Notes under the pieces: generated by a model | Told to the model about the DNA's origin: nothing | Seen by the model: the letters and a program-made list of their open reading frames with translations, nothing else | Database searches by the model: none | Translations under genes and position numbers: made by a program | Shown here: positions 1-9,052 of the stretch, piece by piece | How positions within the stretch are numbered: position 1 is the first letter of the stretch | Layout: each line of letters begins with the position of its first letter | Assembly (NCBI GenBank): GCA_009379925.1 | Contig: WHSU01000010.1 | Span: 18,023-82,022, forward strand | Source: Dehalococcoidia bacterium | GTDB lineage: Bacteria; Chloroflexota; Dehalococcoidia; UBA2979 | Direction of reading: 5' to 3' | Length of the DNA stretch: 64,000 nt

Positions 1-436
1 GACAGACCAGATCCCGGAGGTCATTGCACAGCAGCTGGCAGAGATCAACGTCAACGTGACGTTGGAACCGATGGAGTTGGCGGCCTACTACAACAAGAAT
101 TACACATACGAGTACACCTTCTCCACCCACACGCCCCTGAACAACCCCGATCCAGACGAGAATCTGTCGTCCTACTTCGGGCGGAACTCCACGTTCTACA
201 AGCACTACAACCCGGAGATCTTCGACATCGTCGACGAGCAGGCGCGCACGGTGGACGTTGAGGCGCGCAAGGAGATCGTCCTGCAGGCGCAGCGGATGAT
301 CGTGGAGGACTTCCCCATGAAGTTCCTGTTCACGACCAACGTGCACCAGTTCGTCACCAACGAGGTCAAGGGCTGGTTCTGGCACGTGGACGGCTACGAC
401 GCCGGGATGGGGCGTCGCGCCTGGCTTGACGTCTGA
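1..436 (+). CDS. ABC transporter substrate-binding protein, family 5 (peptide/nickel type), C-terminal fragment (5' end outside window)
   Basis: Frame 2 is open from base 2 to the TGA at 434-436. The C-terminal sequence '...VEDFPMKFLFTTNVHQFVTNEVKGWFWH...' resembles DppA/OppA-type binding protein ends. Two cognate permease genes follow directly. Confidence 0.8.
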   Translation, partial: TDQIPEVIAQQLAEINVNVTLEPMELAAYYNKNYTYEYTFSTHTPLNNPDPDENLSSYFGRNSTFYKHYNPEIFDIVDEQARTVDVEARKEIVLQAQRMIVEDFPMKFLFTTNVHQFVTNEVKGWFWHVDGYDAGMGRRAWLDV

Positions 437-515
437 GCGCGGACTATCCGGCTTGCTCGTGAGCCGCGAGGCTGCCGGGCGTCACGCTTCCGGAGATTGA
501 CAGGCAGGGGGAGGC

Positions 516-1466
516 GTGCAGCGCTATATCATCCGGCGGATTGCGCTGGTCATCCCGACGATCCTGCTGGTCATGTTCATGACGTTCATGATCCTGCGAC
601 TGGTGCCGGGCGATGTCGTCGAATTGATCATGGCCGAAAATCCCTATGCGACGGAGCAGGACCGCGAGGCGCTACGCGAGAGCCTGGGGTTGGACGACCC
701 GATCCCCGTGCAGTTCGTGCGTTACACCGGCAACGTCCTCCAGGGTGACCTCGGCACTTCCCCCTGGACCAAGCGGCCCGTGACGGACGAACTGCGGGAC
801 CGTGCCCCGATCACGCTCGAGTTCGGACTGCTGTCGGTGCTCGTGGGCTTAGTGGTGGCGCTACCCGTGGGTATCCTGTCCGCCGTCCGGCAGGACACCT
901 GGGCAGACTACGTCTCGCGGAGTTTTGCCATCCTCGCACTCTCGGTGCCGTATTTCTTCACGGCGACCCTTCTGGTCGTGTTCCCGCAGATCTGGTTCGG
1001 CTGGTCGCCTCCGCTTCGTTACGTACCGTGGTCCCAGGGGCCGATCGATCACCTGTACTACATGCTGGTGCCGGCGGTGCTGCTGGGCGTGAACCTGAGC
1101 GGCAGCGTCATGCGCATGACGCGCACGATGATGCTAGAGACGATGCGGCAGGACTACATCCGCACGGCGTTCTCGAAGGGGCTGAAGGAGCGGAGCGTCG
1201 TGATACGCCACGCGTTGAAGAACGCGCTGATCCCCGTGGTCACGATCATCGGGCTACAGATCGGACTGGCGGTCAGCGGGACGCTGATCCTGGAAACGAT
1301 CTTCAACATGCCGGGCGTGGGCCGGTACTTCATCAGCGCGATCTTCGAGCGAGACTACCCGTCTGTACAGGGGGTCGTGCTGATCCTAGCGGTGGTGGTG
1401 GTGAGTGTGAACTTGATGGTCGACCTGCTCTACGGGTGGCTCGACCCGCGCATCCGCTACTCGTAG
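516..1466 (+). CDS. ABC transporter permease (DppB/OppB-like)
   Basis: 316-aa ORF with a GTG start preceded by 'gggggagg'. The N-terminus 'MQRYIIRRIALVIPTILLVMFMTFMILRLVPGD' and the C-terminus 'DLLYGWLDPRIRYS' are hallmark DppB/OppB motifs. Multiple hydrophobic helices. Confidence 0.93.
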   Translation: MQRYIIRRIALVIPTILLVMFMTFMILRLVPGDVVELIMAENPYATEQDREALRESLGLDDPIPVQFVRYTGNVLQGDLGTSPWTKRPVTDELRDRAPITLEFGLLSVLVGLVVALPVGILSAVRQDTWADYVSRSFAILALSVPYFFTATLLVVFPQIWFGWSPPLRYVPWSQGPIDHLYYMLVPAVLLGVNLSGSVMRMTRTMMLETMRQDYIRTAFSKGLKERSVVIRHALKNALIPVVTIIGLQIGLAVSGTLILETIFNMPGVGRYFISAIFERDYPSVQGVVLILAVVVVSVNLMVDLLYGWLDPRIRYS

Positions 1467-2435
1467 ATGGCTGGAGGCGAGTCACCGATGCAAGAGGTGG
1501 GATCCGCGGGGACAATCGCCGTCGCCCGGCGGCCGGAGCACCGCGGCCGCTCGCTCTACACGCAGGCTCTCTTTCGCCTGCTGACCCAGAAGCCGATGGG
1601 AGTGTTGGGACTCGCGATCGTGGTCGTGCTCGTCGTGGCGGCCATAGGCGCACCATGGATGGCGCCGGCGGACCCAAACGCCCTGGCCAGTGGCGCGAAG
1701 CTCGAGGGGCCCAGCCTGTCGCACCCCTTTGGCACGGACAACCTCGGGCGTGACGTGTTCAGCCGGGTCGTGTTTGGCGCGCGGATCTCGATGACGATCG
1801 GGTTGGTCGCGGTCATCACCTCGACCGTGATCAGCGTGGCGATTGGGGTGCTCAGCGGCTTCTTCGGCGGTGTCGTGGACCTGTTGTTCCAGCGACTCAT
1901 CGACGCGCTGATTGCCTTTCCTGGGCTCGTGCTCATACTCGCCATGGTGGCGATCTTCGCCGACACGGACCTGCCAGGACTCCCGGAGGAAGGGGCGATC
2001 AGCACGCCGACGGTGGTGCTGATGGGGACAATCGGCTTCCTCCTCGGTGTGGGTGGCTCGCGCATCATCCGCAGCGCCGTGCTATCGGTTCGGGCGAGCA
2101 CGTATGTAGAAGCCGCGCAGTCGCTGGGGGCGGGTGACCTACGGCTGATGCGGACGCACATCCTCCCCAACGTGTTGCCGCCGACCATCACGCTGGCGAC
2201 CCTGGGCCTCGGCACAGCCATCCTGCTTGAGGCGACGCTCAGTTTCCTCGGGCTCGGGGTGCCGCCGAACATAGCGACCTGGGGCGGGATGCTGAACCGC
2301 GAGGCGCGGTCGTGGATGACCGAGGCGCCGTGGCTGGCACTGTTCCCGGGACTGGCGCTGAGCCTCGCGGTATTCGGCTTCAATATGCTGGGAGATGCAC
2401 TGCGAGACGTTCTGGATCCGCGACTCCGCACGTAG
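1467..2435 (+). CDS. ABC transporter permease (DppC/OppC-like)
   Basis: The ATG directly abuts the preceding stop. 'HPFGTDNLGRDVFSRVVFGARISM' and 'GDALRDVLDPRLR' are DppC/OppC signatures. No ATPase gene follows. Confidence 0.92.
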   Translation: MAGGESPMQEVGSAGTIAVARRPEHRGRSLYTQALFRLLTQKPMGVLGLAIVVVLVVAAIGAPWMAPADPNALASGAKLEGPSLSHPFGTDNLGRDVFSRVVFGARISMTIGLVAVITSTVISVAIGVLSGFFGGVVDLLFQRLIDALIAFPGLVLILAMVAIFADTDLPGLPEEGAISTPTVVLMGTIGFLLGVGGSRIIRSAVLSVRASTYVEAAQSLGAGDLRLMRTHILPNVLPPTITLATLGLGTAILLEATLSFLGLGVPPNIATWGGMLNREARSWMTEAPWLALFPGLALSLAVFGFNMLGDALRDVLDPRLRT

Positions 2436-2654
2436 ACCGAAGCTCCTCAACGGACACGGTTCGAGGGCGACCGCCGCCACCCCACTAGCTACGCGCCGGC
2501 CATTCTACGGTCGTGTCCAATGCGTCGCATGGACACGCGGCAGGTGGCAACGTCGGTGAAGCACCGGAAGCCGCGGGTGCTGGCGAGCGCGAGCACCTCT
2601 TCACCCTCATCCAGCTACAGGGCCACGGGGACGCGGACAGCCGTCCGCGAACGT

Positions 2655-3142
2655 TCAGAAGATTGACGCGGCCAGTGCCGAGACGTAGAGACCGATGCCA
2701 TACACCAGGTGTGTGGCGAGGTTCCGAAGCCGCCCAGCGCGGGGGTTGGCCGTCCTTGAACCGGCGATGCCCGCGCCGAAGGCAGGCTGCATCACGAACC
2801 ACGGGGCGAGCACCGTGCCCACGCCCACCAGCAGAGGCGGACCGATGGTCGGAGAATGCGCCCAGTCGAGCCCCACAGCGCGAGCAGGACGAACGCAAGG
2901 CGATCCCGATCGAATAGTGGGCGAGCCAGCCGAGTGGCCGTTCTCCTCGAACCGGATCCGCGGATGCGCTGGTGGATGAATCGCCCCCGTGGGAAGTGTC
3001 CGATCCAGCGTCCCAACATCGCGTAGTCCAGGGTGGGGGCGTGGAGCGTCCGCCGAAGCGCGAAGGCCCACACGTCGATCAATGCAGACCCTCCCACACC
3101 CATGAGCACACCGCGTGCGATGAACTCGATGCTGTCTGTCAT
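2655..3142 (-). pseudogene. DUF2938-like small membrane protein, disrupted by about three 1-bp indels
   Basis: The N-terminal part 'MTDSIEFIARGVLMGVGGSALIDVWAFALRRTLHAPTLDYAMLGRWIGHFPRGRF' (ORF 2792..3142) and the C-terminal part 'LDWAHSPTIGPPLLVGVGTVLAPWFVMQPAFGAGIAGSRT...HLVYGIGLYVSALAASIF' (ORF 2655..3071) lie in different frames. The connecting segment 'ADPVRGERPLGWLAHYSIGIA' is readable only in the third frame. Reading through requires frame switches near 2965, 2900 and 2870. Confidence 0.6.
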
Positions 3143-3184
3143 CTCGCTACGTCTCCTCGTCCCGTGACGAATCGCTCCGCTCGA

Positions 3185-3448
3185 TCACGCCGATCGCGGT
3201 GAGTCCAGTCGTCGAACTGAAACGATTGGGACACCCAGATCGCGCATTCGGTTGAGCACGCCGTGCAGGGCAGCCTGGTCGGCAAGCGGACCGGTGAGTG
3301 TGGTCGTCCCGTCGACCTCATGCGTGAAGGCCATGCCCTCGACCCAGTCGGCCCATCGGACATCGAGGTGTCCCTCGACGCGGATCTCGTGACGCTCGGG
3401 CTCCCGGTCAGGTGGTTTCGAGCCATGTGGTGCGGTCATCCTGTGCAT
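3185..3448 (-). CDS. small conserved hypothetical protein (87 aa)
   Basis: Clean ORF with protein-like composition: 'EIRVEGHLDVRWADWVEGMAFTHEVDGTTTLTGPLADQAALHGVLNRMRDLGVPIVSVRRL'. It resembles a small protein family common in high-GC Gram-positives. No function is assignable. Confidence 0.55.
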   Translation of the reverse strand: MHRMTAPHGSKPPDREPERHEIRVEGHLDVRWADWVEGMAFTHEVDGTTTLTGPLADQAALHGVLNRMRDLGVPIVSVRRLDSPRSA

Positions 3449-3579
3449 TCCTTCGGGCGGGGAACAGTCCGTTTGCGCGGACGCTTCTGCGTATCGGTGT
3501 CAGGGCCGACGTCCGTGCTCCCGTACTCATTCGCGGGGTGTCCCTTCGTGAGCGAGACGCGCGTCGCCTCGTGACGCCG

Positions 3580-4425
3580 CTAGGCATCTCGCCGCGTCAG
3601 GGCGACGTACGCGACGCCGACCAACGCAACCAGCCAGGCCAGCAGGATGGCAGCGGCAACCGGCGGATCCGTGTAGATCGGGTTGTCGACGAGGTGACCG
3701 CCCGTCAGGCTGTCCGCGGCCGACTGCGGGAACAGGCTGAGGACGTGCTCCTGCGGCCACGAGGGCACCAGCTCGCCGAAGATCTGCGACAGCCACAGCA
3801 GTCCGAGGACCGCCGTAATGGCGCCCGAGGAACTGCGCAGGATGAACCCGAGTGCGAGCCCGAGAATCGGGAACAGCGGCGTGACAGCACCCAGGCCGAG
3901 GACGAACCGCTGGGCGTCGGCATCGCCGAGGTCCGCCACGGTGATCCCGTACGACGCAAGCACGGCCTGCCCGGCCCAGAACATGGCGACCGCGGTGACG
4001 AGGCCGAGCGCCAGGGTGATGCCGGAGACCAGCACCAGTTTCGCAGCCAGGACTCGAGTCCGCCTCGGCGTAGCCGTCAGCGTGAGGCGCATCATTCCGC
4101 TCGCGTACTCGCCGGAAGCCACGAGGACGCCGAACACCGAGGTGACGATCAGCAGGACGACTACGCCCGTCATCGACAGCAGGATCGGAGCGAACTGTGC
4201 CTGCCGCTCCACGGACCAGCTATCGAACGTGCTGCCCACGGCGAGGCAGACGAGCGCCGACATGGCGATGGAGAGTACCGTCCCCAGCCCGAGCGTGATG
4301 TAAGTGGACCGGGGGGTGGTGAGTTTCACCCACTCCGACGCCAGCGTGCGCATGAAGGTCGTTGATCGTGTTTCGACGCTCGAGGTGAGCGCGGCTGTGG
4401 TGGTGATCGTCTGAGTCGCCATCAT
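3580..4425 (-). CDS. ABC-2 type transporter permease
   Basis: 281 aa. 'FMRTLASEWVKLTTPRSTYITLGLGTVLSIAMSALV' is a typical ABC-2 permease N-terminus. About six hydrophobic helices. It lies immediately downstream of an ABC ATPase gene. Confidence 0.85.
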   Translation of the reverse strand: MMATQTITTTAALTSSVETRSTTFMRTLASEWVKLTTPRSTYITLGLGTVLSIAMSALVCLAVGSTFDSWSVERQAQFAPILLSMTGVVVLLIVTSVFGVLVASGEYASGMMRLTLTATPRRTRVLAAKLVLVSGITLALGLVTAVAMFWAGQAVLASYGITVADLGDADAQRFVLGLGAVTPLFPILGLALGFILRSSSGAITAVLGLLWLSQIFGELVPSWPQEHVLSLFPQSAADSLTGGHLVDNPIYTDPPVAAAILLAWLVALVGVAYVALTRRDA

Positions 4426-4448
4426 GATGCTCCTATTCCGGCGTGTGC

Positions 4449-5380
4449 CTACGCGGTCTGCACGGTTGCGACCCGGGCCGGCGCCGCGCCCGGGTAGTCC
4501 AGGCTGTCTTGAGTCAGTTCCATGAACGCCGCTTCGAGGCTCGCCCGGTGCGGGCTCAGCTCATGGACGTCGATCCGGTGTTCGGCGGCGACGCCGGCGA
4601 TGCGTGCGGCCTCCATGCCCGTCACCATGAGCGCGCCGTCGCCGAAGGCGACCGTCGCGCCGGCTCGCTCAAGCAGCGGCACGAGGTCGGCGCCCTGCGG
4701 CGAGACCACGCGGACGTGGCTGCCCGAACTCCGCTGTATGAACTCCGCGATTCCGGTGTCCGCGATCAGGCGTCCGCGCCCGACCACGATCACGTGGTCC
4801 GCGGTCTCTTCCATCTCGCTCATCAGGTGGCTCGAGAGGAACACCGTCCGGCCCTCCGAGGCGAGGTGCTGCAGCAGCGACCGGATCCAGCGGATGCCCT
4901 CCGGGTCGAGGCCGTTCACGGGCTCGTCGAAGAGCAGGATGGGCGGGTCGCCGAGGAGCGCCGTGGCGATCCCGAGCCGCTGCGACATCCCGAGGGAGAA
5001 GTCACCGGCCTTCCTGTGTGCGACCTCGGCGAGCCCCACGAGGTCGAGCACCTCGTCCACCCGCCGGCGCGGCACCCCGGCGGCTTGAGCGAGCCACCGC
5101 AGGTGGTTGTACGCGGTGCGTCCGCCCTGGATCGCCTTCGGATCCAGCAGCGCGCCGATCTCGTGCATCGGTGCGGGGATGTCCCTGTAGGCGCGGCCGT
5201 TGACGGTGACCTCACCGCCACTCGGCGCGTCCAGCCCGAGGATCATCCGCATCGTCGTGGACTTGCCCTCGCCGTTGGGTCCGAGGAGCCGGTCACACGT
5301 CCGGGAGCGACCGTGAACGAAAGATCATCGACGGCGACGGTGTCGCCGTACCGCTTCGAGAGATTCCTGAGTTCAATCAT
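4449..5380 (-). pseudogene. ABC transporter ATP-binding protein (ABC-2 exporter type), one frameshift just upstream of the Walker A motif
   Basis: The N-terminus 'MIELRNLSKRYGDTVAVDDLSFTVAPGRVTG' (start codon 5378-5380) is in one frame. The rest, 'GPNGEGKSTTMRMILGLDAPSGGEVTVNG...LSGGMSQRL-like...LLFDEPVNGLDP', is in the ORF 4449..5252 frame. The DNA reads 'ggctcctcggacccaac' where 'ggcTtcctcggacccaac' (GFLGPN) is expected, so one base is missing near 5280. Confidence 0.8.
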
Positions 5381-5660
5381 GATGCCTTCCAGTCCGAGTG
5401 CTGTCGTACCAGCGGCTGTTCCGTGGCTCGTCGCAGGAGCCACTCTGCCGTCTCGCACGGGCATTGCCCACGGCCGAAAGGTGAATCTTGGGGGGTGTAG
5501 TTCAGGGTGTAGCGGAGCGACCATGCCCCGCGCTGAGGGCCACGCGGATGTGCCGACGCCCTTCGCAGTCGCATCGGGGTCGGGGTACTGGAGATGGTGA
5601 GGGGCCGCCTGAACAGCCCGAACCAACCGAAGGCGCGCGAGGTCGAGGAGCGCCGGCGCC

Positions 5661-8436
5661 CTACAGGACGTTCAGCGCGTTCGCTCGAGCGACTGCCTCG
5701 GTGCGATGGCCCACACCCAATTTCCCATAGCTGTTCGCGATGTGGCGCTTCACGGTGGACAGGGTCACCACCAGCTGGTCCGCGATCTCCTGGTTCGTCA
5801 TGCCCGCTGATACGGAGGCGCAGGACCTCGACTTCCCGCGCTGTGAGCGGTTCGGCGATCCCCGGGGACGTGCCTTGCCGCGGCGCCGGTGCGACGCCGC
5901 CCTGCTTATCGAAGGCGGCGAGCAGTTGCCGGGTGTAGGAGCTCCGGATGCCCGCAGCGGCGGCGTGCCGCAGGAGGTCCCGCATCGCCTGACCCTCGTC
6001 CAGGAAGACTCGGGCGTAGCCCTCGGGCTCCGCCAGGGTGAGCGCGCGCTCCAGTGACGCGAGCGCAGCAGGGAGGTCGCCCGTTACCTGGCGAGCGAGC
6101 GCCTGCAACCGCAGGATTTCGATCACGCTTCCCGTGCGGCCCGCTCTGTCCGCTGCCTGGAGGAGGCGCTCCAGGAGGCCAACCGCGTCCCGAACGGAGC
6201 GATCGTCCCGATCCTGCTTGTACCGCGCGATGAGCACCCCCGCGAGCGTCAGGTGTTCGAACTCGTGGCGGTAGGCGATGTCGTCGTCGACCGAGACGCC
6301 CTGCTCACGCACCCAACCCTGCGCGTCCCGCAAGTCTGCTTTGGACAACCCAGATGTTCGTCCTCAGCGCGGCGATGGGACGGACGTCCAGGAAGAAGCC
6401 GCCCGCATACAGCCGCTCTGCCTCACTCAGCAGGTCGAGCGCGCCGTGCGGGTCTCGATAGGACTCGCGTACCCGTGCCATCGCCATGTACCAGCGGTAC
6501 CGGTGCTCGGGCAGCGCGGCGCCCTCACCCGAGCTCTCTGCTCTTCAGCAGGTGCTGAGCGGCGGCCTCCCGGTCATCACGCTCGCGGTACAACTCACTC
6601 ATCCCCACATGCAGGTCGGCCGTTCCAAGGGGTGCCGGTCCCGCTTGTTCGGATGCGAACCGCAACGCCCGCTCGTACGTCTCCAGGGCCTCACTCAGAC
6701 GGCCCTAGGCGATCCGCATGTCCGCGAGGGCGATCGTGCTCGCGATGACGTCCGGGACGTGCCCGGCAACGCGCACACGCGCCATGCCGGCATCGAAAGT
6801 CCGGTGCGCCGCCTCGAGGTCTCCGCTCGCCCAGAGCGCGAGCCCGAGCAGCGCCGATGCTGCCCCGCGGCCCAGGTGGTCGGCCTCGGGGATGAGCTCG
6901 AGCGCCAGGCGGGCGTAGTGCATGGTCTCGGACAGGCTGCCGCGCACCTGGGCCAGCCCCGCGCGGTAGACCGCGATCATTCCCGGCAGCCCGCGGAACT
7001 GCTCCTCGTCCGCGAATACCGGCCCACCGGGGGTGCCGCTTGGGCCTCCGGCGGTTTCAGGCGACTCGTCCAGGCATCGTTCGGCGTCCCCGAGCCGTGA
7101 TTCAACGGCTTTCCAACTCGCCACCCTGCAGCAATACCGCCGCATACCCGACGCTCAGCACCCGCCTGCGCCGCACCATCTCGTCCGGGAGCGCCGCCAA
7201 CCAACCACGCACTACGGCGTCTTGTCTGCTCTTGAGCGCTGCCGGCATCGGCAGTTCGACGAGCCCGGCCGCGCGCTCCAGGTCACCACCGGCGAACGCA
7301 TGGCCGAGCGCATGCGGCAGTTCACCCTGCTGCTCGAACCACACGCTCGCTCGCCGGTGGAGAGCGGAGAGGTCATTGGGCTGTTCCTCGCGAAGGTGCG
7401 CCTGGAGGACGTCCGCGAAGAGGTGGTGATAGCGATACCACTGGCGCCGATCGTCGAGGGGGACGACGAACAGGTTGCGCCGCTCCAGGCGTTCCAGCGT
7501 CGCCCTGCCGCCTTCGGTACCGGTGACGGCATCGCACAACGAGCCGCTCAAACGATCGAGGACCGATGTCTGCAGCAGGAACCGGCGGACCTCGTCTGGC
7601 TGCCGCTCGAGCACCTCTTCGACCAGGTAGTCCACGATGTAGTGGTTGTCGCCGGTAAAGGCGGCGATGAAGCCGGCGATGTCCTCGCGCCCCTGCATCG
7701 AGAGCGCGGCCAGCTGGAGACCGGCGATCCAGCCCTCGGCCCGCGCATCCAGAGTCGTGACATCCTGCGACGAAAGGCTCAGGCCCATCGCCTCATTCAA
7801 GAACGCGGCCGCCTCGTCGGGTGTGAACCGGAGGTCAGCCGCCCGAATCTCGACCAGCTCACCGCGCCCCGCAGGCGGGCCAGCGGCAGCGGCGGATCAG
7901 CGCGGCCCATGATCACGAGGTGCATCTGCCGGGGTAGGTGGGCGAGGAGGAACGCCATGCCCTCGTGGATCGAGTGCGTGTCGATGAGGTGGTAGTCGTC
8001 CAGCACCAGGACGAAGTCGTGCGAGATCCTGCCCACCTCGTTGAGCAGCCCCCGAGTACCGATTCAACGGGCGGGTACTGAGGCGATCGCAGGAGCGCAA
8101 GCGCCCCAACCCCGGCCTCGGGCCGGACGGTCTGAAGAGCGCCGATGAAGCGCCGATGAAGTACGCCCAGAACGCTGACGGATGGTTGTCACCCTGGTCG
8201 AGCGAGAGCCATGCAACGGTGCGCTCGCCAGCCGGATCCGCGAGCCAATCAGCCAGCAGCGTTGTCTTGCCAAATCCGGCCGGCGCGGAAACGAGCGTCA
8301 ACTTCGACTCGGCCCCGCGATGCATCCGCTCGAGCAACCGCGGACGTGCCACCGAACCAGGACGCCACCTGGGGACGTAAAACTTGGTCTCGAGGAGTGG
8401 ACTTGAAGCGACCGTCTCGCCCTGCGATCGAGCCAT
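5661..8436 (-). pseudogene. MalT/LuxR-family large ATP-dependent transcriptional regulator (STAND NTPase + TPR-like + LuxR HTH), heavily decayed
   Basis: Six ORF fragments in alternating frames reconstruct one protein. The fragments are 7897..8550, 7797..8036, 7102..7800, 6705..7145, 6305..6487 and 5377..6348. N-terminus: 'PLLETKFYVPRWRPGSVARPRLLERM...LTLVSAPAGFGKTTLLADWL...VAWLSLDQGDN'. Next come 'FVLVLDDYHLIDTHSIHEGMAFLLAHLP' and 'DARAEGWIAGLQLAALSMQGREDIAGFIAAFTGDNHYIVDYLVEEVL'. A TPR-like region follows. The C-terminal HTH 'LTAREVEVLRL..MTNQEIADQLVVTLSTVKRHIANSYGKLGVGHRTEAVARANALNVL*' is itself split by an indel near 5810. Lesions: an 11-bp tandem duplication (8139-8160), an in-frame TAG (6705-6707) and at least five 1-bp indels. 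Confidence 0.85.
8139..8160. repeat. 11-bp perfect tandem duplication (gcgccgatgaa x2) inside the MalT-like pseudogene
   Basis: Read directly: 8139-8149 equals 8150-8160. Removing one copy restores 'WAYFIGALQTVRPEAGVGALALLRSPQ', the expected continuation of the regulator. Confidence 0.9.
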
Positions 8437-8553
8437 CGCCAGAGTATATGGCTCACCGGGGGCAACCGGCTGCGGCGCGGCAGGGCATCTACGGCTGCCA
8501 CTACGATGTCGGGAACGGCAGGCGCGAGGTAGGTCGAGGAGCAGGCGCACGTC

Positions 8554-8838
8554 GTGAGGCGCATCTTCGACGCCGTCCGTGCGTGGCGAGCGACTGATCC
8601 CAGCGCGGGGCGAGAGGACATCGCCGTGCAGCGAACATCGGTCGAGTCATCTAGCATCGCGAGTGTCGGATACGACGCGACACAAAGGGTGTTGGAGGTC
8701 GAGTTCAGGGACAGCGGTGACGTATATCAGTATCTCGATGTCCCCGCGGCGATACACGAGGCCCTTCTCAGTGCTGACTCACTGGGGAGGTTCCTAAACT
8801 CGTCGATCAAAGGGGTCTTTGGGTACCGGCGCGCCTGA
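8554..8838 (+). CDS. KTSC domain-containing protein
   Basis: 'VQRTSVESSSIASVGYDATQRVLEVEFRDSGDVYQYLDVPAAIHEALLSADSLGRFLNSSIKGVFGYRR' matches the KTSC pattern (S.I..vGYD....L.VeF..G..Y.Y..VP). The true start is probably the GTG at 8625, giving about 70 aa. Confidence 0.75.
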   Translation: MRRIFDAVRAWRATDPSAGREDIAVQRTSVESSSIASVGYDATQRVLEVEFRDSGDVYQYLDVPAAIHEALLSADSLGRFLNSSIKGVFGYRRA

Positions 8839-9052
8839 AAGGGCGGGGTTGTCCCCCGAGCAGACGCCCTGCCAATCCTTCCTGGCGGCTCCCGCAGTCA
8901 CCACGCGACCAGTTGCAGCCATCGTCACCCTCGACGAAGTGCGGGATAGGCGGGCGGACCACGTCTCCGTTCGCCATGATCGACGGTTTTGTGGTGAACG
9001 CTGAGCGTCCTCCGCTGCTGGTCGGCTACACCCTTCGATGGGGAGTAGATGC

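Noticed and set aside
2450-2480. 'GGTTCGAGG' resembling a tRNA T-loop
   Set aside because: The flanking sequence cannot form the T-stem, acceptor or anticodon arms. No tRNA-like cloverleaf is present anywhere in the window that I could see.
2436-2654. Possible gene remnant on the minus strand ('LDEGEEVLALASTRGFRCFTDVATCRVSM...')
   Set aside because: GC3 looks coding-like and the text faintly resembles a GNAT C-terminus. However, the stretch is only about 40 codons with no start and no diagnostic motif, so support is insufficient.
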